DNA of 64,000 nucleotides from an uncultured Candidatus Rokubacteria bacterium (GTDB lineage: Bacteria; Methylomirabilota; Methylomirabilia; Rokubacteriales; DASRDR01): assembly GCA_963805625.1 (NCBI GenBank), contig CAWDVE010000013.1, positions 64,001 to 128,000 on the forward strand, given 5' to 3'. The position numbers and the translations under genes were made by a program. The notes beneath the pieces are model-generated. The model was not told the origin of the DNA and searched no databases. It worked only from the letters and a program-made list of their open reading frames with translations. Positions 20,189-30,231 of this stretch are shown here, piece after piece (position 1 is the stretch's first letter; each line of letters starts with the position of its first letter).

Positions 20189-21415
20189 CTAGCCGAGCGT
20201 GTCCTTGTAGACCACGCCGTCCTTCACGATCAGCTTCAGGTTCCGTTCAGGCTCCCGCATGATCCCCAGATCCTCGAGCGGGTTGCCCTCCACCACGAGA
20301 AGGTCCGCCCGCGCCCCGGGGGCAACCACTCCCAGCTCTCCCTCGCGCTGGAAAAGCCGGGCCGCCGTCGACGTCGCCGACCGGATCACGTCGACCGGCT
20401 GTAGCACCTCCCCGCGGATCGCGAACTCGTCCAGCTGGAACCGGTGCATCGGGCCGAGAAGATCGGTCCCATAGACGAGCGCGACACCCGCCCGGTGGGC
20501 CATCTCCACAACGCGCGTGCCGGTCTCGAAGATGGCAAACATCTTCTCCCTGAGCTCCGCCGGAAAGCCCGCCTCCACGCCCTCGCGGATGACCGCATGA
20601 ACGACCGACAGCGTGGGAATCAGGAACGCCCCGCGCTCGGCCATGAGCCGGAGCGTCGCCTCATCCAACAGGTTTCCGTGCTCGATCCCCCGCACGCCGC
20701 ATTCGATCGCTCGCGCGACGGCCCGCGACGTGTATGCATGCGCGGTGACGTAGATGCCGGCGGCCTCCGCCTCCTCGACGGCGGCCCGGATCTCGTCGCG
20801 TGAGAACTGCGTGTTGGTGATGCGGTCCGTCGGTGACGCGACGCCACCCGAGACCATGAGCTTCAGGTGGGTCGCCCCCTTCCGGATCTCGTCGCGGCAC
20901 GCCTCGAGCACGGCCGGCACGCCGTCGGCCACCCGGCCGAGGCCGTGCATGCACGTTCCCTCCTCCGTGTCCTCTCCCGGCCCGCGCATGTCCCCGTGCC
21001 CGCCGGTCTGCGAGATCGCGTGGCCGGCGAAGAGCAGGCGCGGCCCGACCAGGTGGCCTTCCTCAATCGCGCGCGCGAGGCCCCAGTCGGCGCCGCCAAC
21101 GTCCCGCACAGTGGTGAATCCCCGCAGGAGCATCTCCCGCAGAACGTGACCCGCGCGGGAGGCGACGTATGTCGATGACCATCGGCGGAGAAGTGCGAAA
21201 TCGGGTATCACCGCAGTCGCGTGGACGTGGCCGTCGCAGAGACCGGGCATCACCACGCGGCCCCGCACGTCGATCACGCGGCCCTTCGGGGATCGGGGCG
21301 GGCGCTCGGCGACGTCGGCGATGCGACCACCCTCCACGACGACGTGCCGGTCCGGCAGGAGCCGGCCGGCGACGGGATCGAGCACGAGCGCGTGGCTGAG
21401 CACGAGGTCGGACAT
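20189..21415 (-). CDS. metal-dependent amidohydrolase (imidazolonepropionase/prolidase-like)
   Basis: PGLCDGHVH, GFTTVRD, GGHGD, AHAY, IEHG and GTD motifs. Confidence 0.9.
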   Translation of the reverse strand: MSDLVLSHALVLDPVAGRLLPDRHVVVEGGRIADVAERPPRSPKGRVIDVRGRVVMPGLCDGHVHATAVIPDFALLRRWSSTYVASRAGHVLREMLLRGFTTVRDVGGADWGLARAIEEGHLVGPRLLFAGHAISQTGGHGDMRGPGEDTEEGTCMHGLGRVADGVPAVLEACRDEIRKGATHLKLMVSGGVASPTDRITNTQFSRDEIRAAVEEAEAAGIYVTAHAYTSRAVARAIECGVRGIEHGNLLDEATLRLMAERGAFLIPTLSVVHAVIREGVEAGFPAELREKMFAIFETGTRVVEMAHRAGVALVYGTDLLGPMHRFQLDEFAIRGEVLQPVDVIRSATSTAARLFQREGELGVVAPGARADLLVVEGNPLEDLGIMREPERNLKLIVKDGVVYKDTLG

Positions 21416-21439
21416 GCGGATCCTTTCAGGGTGGACCGA

Positions 21440-22312
21440 TCAGCCGATCGTCACCGTCTTCATGTGAGGGTCGAGGAGGTCCCGGAGGGCATCGCCGACT
21501 AAATTGACACCGAGTACCGTGGCGAAGATCGCCAACCCTGGAAACATTGCCAGCCAGGCCGACGTGAACACGTAGAGCTGCCCCTCGCTGAGCATGCCCC
21601 CCCACGAGGGCGTGGGGGGCGGCACCCCGAGCCCGAGGTACGAGAGAAACGACTCGACGATGATCATCCGCGCCACCTCGACGCTCGCTAGCACGATCAG
21701 GAGGTTTGACAGATTCGGCAGGATGTGGCTCAGGAGGATTCGGAGGCTCGAGCTGCCCAGGCCGACCTCGGCCTGGACGAAGTCGCGCTCCCGGAGGCTC
21801 AACACCTCGTTCCGGATGACGCGCGCGTAGATCGGCCAGCTGGTCACGCCCAGGACGAGGACCATGTTGACGAACCCTGCGCCCATGAGCGCGATCACCA
21901 CGATGGCCAGCAGCATGAACGGAAACGTGAGCGTCACGTTCGCGAGGAAGGTCAGCACGCGGTCCGCGGCACCACCATAGAAACCCATCACGAGCCCGGC
22001 GGCTACGCCGATCCCGCCCGAGCAAAGCACCGCCAGCAGGCCGACCGCCAGGGACACGCGGGCGCCATAGATGATCCGGCTCAAGTAGTCCCGTCCCACG
22101 TGGTCCGTCCCGAGGGGATGCTCCGCGCTGCCAGCACGCGCCCACATCGGCGGCCGGAGCCGCGCCGCCACGTCCTGGCTGAACGGGTCGTGCGGCGAGA
22201 GCTGCGGAGAGAAGAGAGCGCACAGCGCCATCAGACTCACCAGCAGCGCCCCTGCCCACCCCGTCCAGTAGGCACGAAGACGGCCGCGACGCCGGGGCCG
22301 CGCCTCATCCAT
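21440..22312 (-). CDS. peptide/nickel ABC transporter permease (DppC-like)
   Basis: HPLGTD..GRD, HILPN, ESFLSYLGLG..PSWG and GDALRDLLDP motifs. Confidence 0.93.
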   Translation of the reverse strand: MDEARPRRRGRLRAYWTGWAGALLVSLMALCALFSPQLSPHDPFSQDVAARLRPPMWARAGSAEHPLGTDHVGRDYLSRIIYGARVSLAVGLLAVLCSGGIGVAAGLVMGFYGGAADRVLTFLANVTLTFPFMLLAIVVIALMGAGFVNMVLVLGVTSWPIYARVIRNEVLSLRERDFVQAEVGLGSSSLRILLSHILPNLSNLLIVLASVEVARMIIVESFLSYLGLGVPPPTPSWGGMLSEGQLYVFTSAWLAMFPGLAIFATVLGVNLVGDALRDLLDPHMKTVTIG

Positions 22313-23222
22313 ACCGGATGCGGGGATCGAGATAGCCGACGACTACGTCGGTCACGAGGTTGACGAGAGCGATGGCAGCGCCGACGACGACGACCGCTGC
22401 CTGCACGACCGGGTAGTCGAGCGTTCGCACCGCCTTCACCGTCAAGAAACCGATGCCGGGCCACGCGAAAACGATCTCAATAACGACTGTCCCAGCCAGG
22501 AGTCGGCCGAACTGGAGTCCCACCATCGTCACCAGGGGGATGCTGACGTTCTTGAAGGCGTGTTTCCACAGGATCAGCGTCTCGGCTACCCCTTTGGCGC
22601 GCGCGGTCCGGACATAATCCTGCGCCAGCACGGTGAGCATGCCCGACCGCACGAGTCGCATCATGATTGGCGCGAGGTACAACCCGAGGCACACCGCCGG
22701 CAGGATGAGGCTGCGGAAGCCCGAGCGCCCCGAGACCGGCACCAGCCGGGACCAGACGGCGAACACGAGAATCAGGAGGATGCCGAGCCAGAACGTCGGT
22801 ATGGCCTGGCCCACGACCGAGACGATCGACGCCACGTGATCGACCCAGCTCCGGGGACGATAGGCTGCCAGGATGCCGAGCGGCACCGCGAGCGCCACAC
22901 CGACAAGGAGGCCGGCCAGCGCGAGCTCGATCGTGGCCGGCGCCCGCTCCAGCAGGATCGAGAGGGCCTTGTCCCGGATGATGAACGAATCGCCAAACTC
23001 CCCGCGAAGGGCGTTGCCGAGGAACCGCCCGTACTGCACGAGGAACGGGTCGTCGAGACCGAGGCTCCGCCGGAGATCCGCTACCGCCTCCTTGGAGGCC
23101 TCCGGCGGCAGGAGCACCTTGGCGGGATCCCCCGCGAGGTGCAAGAACACGAACACGACAAACGAGATCGCGACGCAGGTGAGACCGGTGTCGACGAGCC
23201 GCTCGACGACGTAGGTGCGCAC
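22305..23222 (-). CDS. peptide/nickel ABC transporter permease (DppB-like)
   Basis: GDPA, DYVRTARAKG, IEIVFAWPGIG and LDPRIRYG motifs. Confidence 0.93.
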   Translation of the reverse strand: MRTYVVERLVDTGLTCVAISFVVFVFLHLAGDPAKVLLPPEASKEAVADLRRSLGLDDPFLVQYGRFLGNALRGEFGDSFIIRDKALSILLERAPATIELALAGLLVGVALAVPLGILAAYRPRSWVDHVASIVSVVGQAIPTFWLGILLILVFAVWSRLVPVSGRSGFRSLILPAVCLGLYLAPIMMRLVRSGMLTVLAQDYVRTARAKGVAETLILWKHAFKNVSIPLVTMVGLQFGRLLAGTVVIEIVFAWPGIGFLTVKAVRTLDYPVVQAAVVVVGAAIALVNLVTDVVVGYLDPRIRYG

Positions 23223-23231
23223 GGCGGGATG

Positions 23232-23265
23232 GGCGCCGGCCGCCGATTATTCGACGGCCGGCGCC
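23232..23265 (-). other. intercistronic stem-loop between the SBP and permease genes
   Basis: GGCGCCGGCCG-N12-CGGCCGGCGCC; position typical of mRNA-stabilising hairpins after SBP genes. Confidence 0.6.
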
Positions 23266-23287
23266 GAGACCGATGGACCTCGGGCGG

Positions 23288-24826
23288 TCAGTTCTTCCAG
23301 GTGGCCCGCCAGAACGCGATGGTCTCGTCCGACGCGGCCTTGTAGTTGAGCTTGTTCGACACCGCCATGACCGACGTCTGCGCATACATGGGGAAGACAA
23401 GGTAGTTGTCGGCCACATACCGCTGGACTTGCCGGTACGCTTCCATCCGCTTCCCCGGATTGACCGTGTTCCGCCCGATGTCAAGCCACTCGTCGAGCTT
23501 GGGATCCCGCACGTACGCGAACGCCTCCGACGAGTGGAAGCGCGGGTACAGGATCATGTCGGCGTCGAAGACCGACCAGCTCCCCCAGCTCGCGAGGTAG
23601 ATGTCCTTCAGCTTGCCAGTGCGTTCGAGGTTCGACGACAGTCCGATGTCCTCGATGTGCTGATGGTTCGTCTGGATGCCGACCTTGTTCAAGTACCCGG
23701 ACACGGCATCGCCGACCTGCCGGGACGCAATGATGCTGCCGCTGTACGTCATGAACTCGAGCTTGACGCCGGCCGCCAGGCCGGCCTCGGCCAGCAGCTG
23801 CTTCGACCGCGCGGGATCGTAGGTCACCGGCTTGATCGAGGCGTCGTAGCCAAACTTCATCGGGTTGACCACCGTCCCCAGCTTGAGTCCGCGGCCACCC
23901 AAGACGTGGGTGATGATGCCGTCCACGTCGATGGCGTGAGAGATCGCCTCGCGGACCTTGATGTTCTGGGTCGGGCCAGCGCCGGCGCGACCTGCCACAT
24001 CGAAGTTGAGGAAGATCACGCGGATGATCGGGGCCGTCGTGATGTACGCCTTCCCCGAGCCCTCGATCGCGGGGATCTGATCGGGCGGCACCAGACGGAT
24101 GAAGTCCACGCTGCCCGCCATCATCTCGGCGATGGCGGTCGCAACCTCAGGGATGGGCCTGAAGACGAGAGTCTTTACCGCAGGCTGCTGACCCCAGTAG
24201 CTCGGGCTTGCCTCCACGACGAGACGCTGCCCGCGGGCCCACTCGACGAAGCGATACGGTCCGCTCCCGACCGGGTTCTTCGCGATGAAGGCGTCGCCCT
24301 TCTCCTTGACGTAGGCGGGCGGAAGGATCGCGAGGTTCGTCAGCCGCTCGAGAAGAACCGGATTAGGCTTCTCAGTCTTGAGACGGACGGTCAGGTCATC
24401 CACGACCTGGACCGACGTGATCCCCTTGAAGCGGTCCCGGAGGTATGACTTCTGGGCGGGGTCGAGCACGCGGTCGATGCTGAACTTCACCGCCTGCGCG
24501 TTCACGGGCTCGCCGTTCTGGAACTTGACGCCCTTGCGAATCTTGAACTCCCAGGTCAGGTCGTCGACCGTTCGCCAGGATTCCGCGAGACCGCCCACGA
24601 GTTTCATGGTCTCGGGATTCCGCGCGATCAAGTGGTCGAAGATGTGCATGAGCACCATGTAGTCAATGGTTCCTGTAGCCTGATGCGGATCGAGCGTCTC
24701 CCGATCGGAATCGAGCGCAGCCACAAGCTGACCTCGCGGCTGGGCGAGAGCACCCGCCGGGATCCCGAGCACCACGGCGAGCATCATCGTTAGACCACCC
24801 GCGAATCTGCGTCCTCGCATGTGCAT
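23288..24826 (-). CDS. peptide ABC transporter substrate-binding protein (family 5)
   Basis: Signal peptide; LDPH, LAESW..VDDLTWEFK.RKGVKFQNG and PVGSGPY motifs; start 24826 or 24820. Confidence 0.92.
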   Translation of the reverse strand: MHMRGRRFAGGLTMMLAVVLGIPAGALAQPRGQLVAALDSDRETLDPHQATGTIDYMVLMHIFDHLIARNPETMKLVGGLAESWRTVDDLTWEFKIRKGVKFQNGEPVNAQAVKFSIDRVLDPAQKSYLRDRFKGITSVQVVDDLTVRLKTEKPNPVLLERLTNLAILPPAYVKEKGDAFIAKNPVGSGPYRFVEWARGQRLVVEASPSYWGQQPAVKTLVFRPIPEVATAIAEMMAGSVDFIRLVPPDQIPAIEGSGKAYITTAPIIRVIFLNFDVAGRAGAGPTQNIKVREAISHAIDVDGIITHVLGGRGLKLGTVVNPMKFGYDASIKPVTYDPARSKQLLAEAGLAAGVKLEFMTYSGSIIASRQVGDAVSGYLNKVGIQTNHQHIEDIGLSSNLERTGKLKDIYLASWGSWSVFDADMILYPRFHSSEAFAYVRDPKLDEWLDIGRNTVNPGKRMEAYRQVQRYVADNYLVFPMYAQTSVMAVSNKLNYKAASDETIAFWRATWKN

Positions 24827-24879
24827 CCCCCCTGGAGCCGTTCGAAATCGAGCGCGCCCACCGGCGAGCGCCCACCGCG

Positions 24880-24909
24880 AGACTAGCGTCCCGCAGACGG
24901 ACGTGTCAA
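24880..24909 (-). promoter_or_regulatory. sigma70-like promoter of the ABC operon
   Basis: TTGACA-N18-TAGTCT on the minus strand. Confidence 0.55.
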
Positions 24910-25149
24910 GGCGACGCGCCCAGACGCGCCCAGAACGGGCGGTCCCGAGCGGAGGCGCCCGATCCTGCGATCGACGACCTTCCCGAGTCGCAGCACCTCG
25001 GGCGCTCGGATGCCGACGCTGTAGCGGAACACCATGTGCATGTTGTGGAAGGTTCGACGGCGCCGGTCCGGCTGATTCCATCCCGGCCGGTTGCCCTCTC
25101 CCACGAGGAGATCGGGGCTGGGGTCGGTCGTGGTGACGTTCACGCTCAC
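24883..25149 (-). pseudogene. truncated N-terminal fragment, possibly of a serine hydrolase (beta-lactamase-like) family
   Basis: GAGGAG RBS + GTG 25149; WNQPDRRRRTFHNMHMVFRYSVGIRAPEVLRLGKVVDRRIG, then degenerates into the ABC promoter. Family call is from recall only. Confidence 0.45.
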
Positions 25150-25238
25150 GGTGGGTCTCCTCGTGTCGGGATCGCCGGGCGGCGCGGTGGCGGCCGGCCC
25201 GTCATCGCTCCCGGCGCGGGGGGCGGGTACCGATCCGG

Positions 25239-26060
25239 TCAGGCCTTGACCGCGCGATAGTCTCGGAGCAGGCCGCTGAACTGCTCCCGCAGGCCACACT
25301 CGGCGAAGCCCACGTCACCGAGGGCCGACAGGATGGCTTCCGGTGCGACGCAGTGCTCGGTCGTGTCCCACCAGTAGGCCATCAGGGTACGCATGTCCTG
25401 GTTGCCCGTCGCCGTGGCGAAGACCACGCCCATGACGGTCTTGATGTAGAAGCGTGACGCCGCCCGGAGGGCGATCGAGCGCGGGCGGGAGATCTCCAGC
25501 AGGAGGACGATGCCGCCAGGCTTGAGGACCCGGCGGTACTCGCGGAAGGCCACGCGCAGGTCGGACACGTGGCGGAGGGCGTATCCCATGCTCAGGAAAT
25601 CAAAGGTGGCGTCCGGGAACGGCAGCTGCTCCCCCACTCCCTGGATCAGGTTGCGGCACGGCCCCTTCCGGGCCTCGTGGAGCATGCCGGAGCTGGGATC
25701 GAGCCCGACGACGTAGCCGGTCGAGCCCACCAGGCCAAGCGCACACTGGGTGGTCAATCCGGGGCCGCACGCGACGTCCAGCACCCGCATGCCCGGTCCG
25801 AGACCCGCGCCGCGAAGAGCCGTCCGGCGATACCAGAGACCCGAGCCGAACCCGACGACCTTGTCGATTGCCCGGTACCGGTAGGCCGTGCGGTTGAACA
25901 GGTCGTTCAGGAACCCCTGCCGCGACTCGTTCGCGTCGTAGTACTCCGACAGCATGGGATGCGGGGGGGTGTGCACGGCCGGCCCTCGATCGTCTGATCT
26001 CTGTTCCACGCGAGCAACCATTGGCCGCCTCTTGATATCAGGACGCGGTGAAGCGGGCAA
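25239..26060 (-). CDS. class I SAM methyltransferase, UbiE/MenG-like (start uncertain)
   Basis: LFNRTAYRY, VLDVACGPG, LPFPDATFD, YALRHV and RVLKPGG..LEI motifs. Confidence 0.85.
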   Translation of the reverse strand: MPASPRPDIKRRPMVARVEQRSDDRGPAVHTPPHPMLSEYYDANESRQGFLNDLFNRTAYRYRAIDKVVGFGSGLWYRRTALRGAGLGPGMRVLDVACGPGLTTQCALGLVGSTGYVVGLDPSSGMLHEARKGPCRNLIQGVGEQLPFPDATFDFLSMGYALRHVSDLRVAFREYRRVLKPGGIVLLLEISRPRSIALRAASRFYIKTVMGVVFATATGNQDMRTLMAYWWDTTEHCVAPEAILSALGDVGFAECGLREQFSGLLRDYRAVKA

Positions 26061-26724
26061 GAGGAGCCAGGATCAGGCAGTACTGATAGGGCAGGAACGT
26101 CACCTCGTGGACGAGGCGGAAGCCCGCTCGGTCGGCGTCCCGGAGGAAGATCTCGCGAGCGACGCGGCGCTCGACCGGCGGGCCGACCGGCGTCTCCCGG
26201 CGGTGGAAGTCGACGTTCACGAGCCGGCCTCCCGGCCGGAGCAGCCGATGCAGCCGCCGGAGGTAGCGCGACCCGCCCCGGAAGTGGTGGTACGTGTTCA
26301 CGACCAGGACCAGGTCGCACGAGCGCGCGGGCAAGAGCGGGTCGTCGTCACGGCCGAGGACGGGCGTGACGTTCTTGATCCCTCCACGGCGAAGCCGCTC
26401 GATCAGGATCGGCAGCATCCGCGGCTCCACGTCGACAGCATAGACGCGCCCCCGCGGTCCCACGATTCGCGCGAGCCGTCGGACGAAGTACCCGGAGCCC
26501 GCGCCGATCTCGGCGACCGTCTGGCCGGAGCGGAGACCGAGCGCCTGCACGAGCCGCGCGGGACGCTGCCACCGCAGGCGACCCGGATCCTCGAGCCGGC
26601 CCAGCATGAGCTGGAAGTCTCGCGGATTCCCGTGCGCGCCGAAGCCTCCTGGTACGCCGTGACCGCCGCCGTGGTGCCGCAAGCCAATCTGTCGGTGTCG
26701 ACCCGGAATTCTCGTCACGCTCAT
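26038..26724 (-). CDS. class I SAM-dependent methyltransferase
   Basis: HGNP..LEDPGR..WQRP, EIGAGSGYF, VYAVDVEP, NTYHH and LPYQY motifs; ATG overlaps the upstream TGA. Confidence 0.88.
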   Translation of the reverse strand: MSVTRIPGRHRQIGLRHHGGGHGVPGGFGAHGNPRDFQLMLGRLEDPGRLRWQRPARLVQALGLRSGQTVAEIGAGSGYFVRRLARIVGPRGRVYAVDVEPRMLPILIERLRRGGIKNVTPVLGRDDDPLLPARSCDLVLVVNTYHHFRGGSRYLRRLHRLLRPGGRLVNVDFHRRETPVGPPVERRVAREIFLRDADRAGFRLVHEVTFLPYQYCLILAPLARFTAS

Positions 26725-27506
26725 GCCGCGCCCGGAACCTGAAGACGCACCTCGCGTCGGACACCGCGGAGGTCCATCTCGTAGGCCAGGCCCGCGATCG
26801 GCGGGTGGGACAGGTACCAGTGGACGCCGTGGACCGCCGCCGGACCCATCGCCGCGAGCACCTCGGTCGCGAGGAAGCTCTCCAGCGGATGCACGGTATA
26901 GACACCGACCGCCGTCACGTCCGCCCACATGGCGCCGAGCCCGCGGAGCCGCGCCTGCATGACGCCCATCACGTACGCGGCCTTCTCCCTCAGCGCATCG
27001 GGCGACGTCTCGTCGGGGCGGACGACGCTCGCCCGAGAGGCCGGACCAGGCCGGAGCTCCCCCGACCCCGCCGCGACGAACGTCGGCCGCCCGGGCACCT
27101 CGACCGCAACGGTATGCGAGAACGCATAGAGCACAGGCTCCGACGGCGGCCCCACCACGGGCGCCACGTTGGTCCGCGCCACGGGGTTCCGCCCATCCAC
27201 GAGGAGCCCCCACTCCCCGAGCAGCGCGCGGTAGCCCCGGTTGAACTCGGCGAAGCCGGAGAAGGTCAACGGGGTCGGGACGCGCAGCTCGATCGCGCAG
27301 AGCGCGCTCCGGGGCCGGCCGAGCCCTCGGAGATGCCGCTCGATCGCCGCGAAGCCATCGCGCCACGGCACTGGCGCCTGGAGTGTCGCGTGAATCACTT
27401 CCCAGCCCGGCGTGGCGACCACACCGGACGAGTAAGGCTCGCCGCCTGGCAGGAATCGATAGCTCGGATCGGGGCCCGGAAGCAGGGACGCTGGCGCGGC
27501 GGCCAT
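26721..27506 (-). CDS. CnbZ-like (2-amino-5-chloromuconate deaminase / RidA-fold) protein
   Basis: YRFLPG..PYSSGV, LCAIELR.P, NPVARTNVAP, TFVAAGSGE and PPIAGLAYEMDLRGV motifs. Confidence 0.75.
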   Translation of the reverse strand: MAAAPASLLPGPDPSYRFLPGGEPYSSGVVATPGWEVIHATLQAPVPWRDGFAAIERHLRGLGRPRSALCAIELRVPTPLTFSGFAEFNRGYRALLGEWGLLVDGRNPVARTNVAPVVGPPSEPVLYAFSHTVAVEVPGRPTFVAAGSGELRPGPASRASVVRPDETSPDALREKAAYVMGVMQARLRGLGAMWADVTAVGVYTVHPLESFLATEVLAAMGPAAVHGVHWYLSHPPIAGLAYEMDLRGVRREVRLQVPGAA

Positions 27507-27507
27507 G

Positions 27508-28353
27508 TCAGCCCTCCGCCGGCAGGCCAAATGCCTGCTTCAGCTGGCGGAGCCCCTCTTGCTGAGGCGTCCACAGCCGGCCGCTGATCAAGCCGCCGTC
27601 GACGACGATGTCCTGGCCCGTCACGAACGACGACTCGTCGCTCGCGAGAAAGACGGCCATGTAGGCGATGTCGTCGACCGAGCCCGCCCGCGGGATGGGC
27701 TGCTGGGTCGCGAACCGCTCCGTGAGCGCCGAGGCGACGTCATCGGCGCGCTCGGGCGGAAGCCCGAGCGCCTTCAGCAGGATGCCGGTGACGATCGCGC
27801 CGGGGGAGATACAGTTCACGCGCACGTTGTGCTCTCCGAGCTCCATCGCCACGCACCGGGAGAGCTGCACGACGGCAGCCTTGGCCGCGCTGTAGATCAT
27901 GGATGACGAGTAGCCCGCGCGGCTGGCGGCCACGCTGGCGTTGTTGATGATGCTGCCGGAGCGCTGGCGCATCATGATCGGGGCCGCGTGCTTCATGCCG
28001 AGGAGCACGCCGCCAAAGTTCACCGCCATCGACCGCTCGGCCGCGTCCAGGGAGATGGTCTCGACGCCGTCGCGCGGGCCGGGGCCGCCGGCGTTGTTGA
28101 AGAGGCAGTCGAGCCGCCCGTGACGATCGACCGCGGCGCCGACCAGCCGCCGGACGTCGTCCTCGCGCGCAACGTCGGTCCGGACGAACCGCGCGTGGGG
28201 GCCGAGCGCGCGGGCGGCCGCCTCGCCCTCCGCCTCCCGGCGGCCCGCGAGGATCACGGTCGCGCCCTCCTCGACGAACAGCTCCGCCGTGCGCTTCCCC
28301 ATGCCGCTCGTCGCGCCCGTGACGATCGCGACCTTGCCTTCGAGCCTGCCCAT
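27508..28353 (-). CDS. SDR family oxidoreductase
   Basis: TGATSGMG, FNNAG, YSAAK and VRVNCISPG motifs. Confidence 0.93.
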   Translation of the reverse strand: MGRLEGKVAIVTGATSGMGKRTAELFVEEGATVILAGRREAEGEAAARALGPHARFVRTDVAREDDVRRLVGAAVDRHGRLDCLFNNAGGPGPRDGVETISLDAAERSMAVNFGGVLLGMKHAAPIMMRQRSGSIINNASVAASRAGYSSSMIYSAAKAAVVQLSRCVAMELGEHNVRVNCISPGAIVTGILLKALGLPPERADDVASALTERFATQQPIPRAGSVDDIAYMAVFLASDESSFVTGQDIVVDGGLISGRLWTPQQEGLRQLKQAFGLPAEG

Positions 28354-28477
28354 GCGCCTCTCCTAGCAATTCAGGTGGGAGTGTTCAGTGGCGAGTCCAA
28401 TGGATCTTCAGCCCGTGGGACATCATACCCTCGCGCGGCCTTTCCGACGCCGCGGCCGATCGCGTATCATGCGCCGC

Positions 28478-29422
28478 GTGGCGTCCTCGATGAAGCTCGG
28501 CTTCTCTCTCCCCGTGGCCGGCGCGTGGGCCACGCCCGCCAACCAGGTGCGCGTCGCGCAGGAAGCCGAGCGCCTCGGGTACCACTCGCTCTGGGTGCTG
28601 CAGCGCCTCCTCTTCCCGGTCGCGCCGCAGAACGACTACCCGCCGATGCCCGGGCGCCCGTGGCCGGACTGCTTCGAGTCCGTGGCCGATCCGGTGGTCT
28701 CGCTCGCGTTCGTGGCGGGCGTGACGTCGCGCATCCGCCTAGGCACGAGCGTGCTCGTCATGCCCTACTACACGCCGGTCGTGCTCGCGAAGCAGCTCGC
28801 CACGCTGGACCAGGTCTCGGGTGGCCGCCTCGACGTCGGGCTCGGCGTCGGCTGGTCGCGGGACGAGTACGACGCGGTCGGAGTGCCCTACGACAAGCGC
28901 GGGCGGCGCGCCGACGAGTTCCTCGCTTGTCTCAAGGCGATCTGGACCGAGGATCCGGTCGAGTTCCGGGGCGAGTTCTACCGGGTGCCGCGCGCCCACG
29001 TCCGGCCGCGGCCGCTCCAGGTCCCCCACCCGCCGATCACCATCGGGGGCTACGGGGCGGCCGCCGTCCGGCGCGCGGTGGCCTTCGGCGACGGCTTCAA
29101 CGGCGGGAACATGCCACTCGACCGCGTGGCCCCGCTCGTGAAGGAGCTGCGGACGGCCGCGGAGCAGGCCGGGCGCGATCCCGCGCGGCTCCAGGTGGTC
29201 TGTCGCGGGACGTTCCATCCCTCAGACGCCTCGCAGGGCCCGAATCGCCGGCCCCTCTTCGGCTCGCTCGACGAGATCCGCGACGACATCAGGCGCTACG
29301 CCGAGCTCGGGCTGACCGAGCTCTTCCTGGAAGCGAACGTCCTGCTCCACGCCTGGCCCGTGGAGCGGACGCTCGAGATCATGGCGGCGCTCGCCCCGGC
29401 TCGGAGCCTCGAGGCGCCGTGA
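28478..29422 (+). CDS. LLM-class (TIGR03619-like, probably F420-dependent) oxidoreductase
   Basis: AERLGYHSLW, RIRLGTSVLV and LAKQLATLDQVSGGRLDVGLGVGW motifs; GTG 28478 or ATG 28490. Confidence 0.9.
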   Translation: MASSMKLGFSLPVAGAWATPANQVRVAQEAERLGYHSLWVLQRLLFPVAPQNDYPPMPGRPWPDCFESVADPVVSLAFVAGVTSRIRLGTSVLVMPYYTPVVLAKQLATLDQVSGGRLDVGLGVGWSRDEYDAVGVPYDKRGRRADEFLACLKAIWTEDPVEFRGEFYRVPRAHVRPRPLQVPHPPITIGGYGAAAVRRAVAFGDGFNGGNMPLDRVAPLVKELRTAAEQAGRDPARLQVVCRGTFHPSDASQGPNRRPLFGSLDEIRDDIRRYAELGLTELFLEANVLLHAWPVERTLEIMAALAPARSLEAP

Positions 29423-30210
29423 GCGCTCTCGTCCCCGGAGCGGCAATCGTGACGGGTGGCGGGTCGGGCATCGGCCGTGCGATCGCCGAGGCGCTAGCCA
29501 CTGGGGGCGCGCCAGTCGCGCTGGTCGACCTCCTCGCCGACGGGGGCCGCGAGACCGCGGCGGGCATCCGGGCCGGCGGCGGCCGCGCGATGTTCCTCGA
29601 GGCCGACGTCAGCCACTGGGCCGATGTTGACCGCGCCGTGGCAGAAGCGGTGCGGATGCTCGGCCCGCTCGGGATCATGGTGAACGCGGCCGGGGTCCTC
29701 GACGGCTACACGCCGGCCGACCAGATGTCCCCCGCGCTCTGGGAGCGAGTCGTCGCGATCGACCTCACCGGCACGTTCTGGGGGTGCAAGCGCGCCCTGG
29801 CCGAGATCCTGCCCGCCGGACGGGGCCGGATCGTGAATGTCGCCTCGGTCGCCGGGCTGGTGGGATCGGGTGGCGGGCCGGCTTACACGGCGGCCAAGCA
29901 CGGCGTCGTCGGCCTCACCCGTCAGCTCGCCATCACGTACGCCGGCCGCGGCATCACGGTCAACGCGATCTGCCCGGGGGCGATCCAGACCCGCCTCCGG
30001 GCCAACTCCGCCCGGATCCTGGGTGCCGACGCGCCGCCCATGACGGGCGGCGTGGGCGCGAGCGAGGCCGCCATCCGCGCCGTCACGCCAGCGGGCCGGC
30101 GGGGTACCCTCGCGGAGGTCGCCGCCGCGGCGGTCTACCTCGCGAGCGAGGCTGCCGCCTACGTCACCGGCCAAACGCTCGTCGTCGACGGGGGCTGGAC
30201 CGCGGCCTGA
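29419..30210 (+). CDS. SDR family oxidoreductase
   Basis: TGGGSGIG, YTAAKHG and VNAICPG motifs; GTG overlaps the LLM stop. Confidence 0.92.
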   Translation: MSALVPGAAIVTGGGSGIGRAIAEALATGGAPVALVDLLADGGRETAAGIRAGGGRAMFLEADVSHWADVDRAVAEAVRMLGPLGIMVNAAGVLDGYTPADQMSPALWERVVAIDLTGTFWGCKRALAEILPAGRGRIVNVASVAGLVGSGGGPAYTAAKHGVVGLTRQLAITYAGRGITVNAICPGAIQTRLRANSARILGADAPPMTGGVGASEAAIRAVTPAGRRGTLAEVAAAAVYLASEAAAYVTGQTLVVDGGWTAA

Positions 30211-30231
30211 CTCGCCGAGATCGAACCGTTG

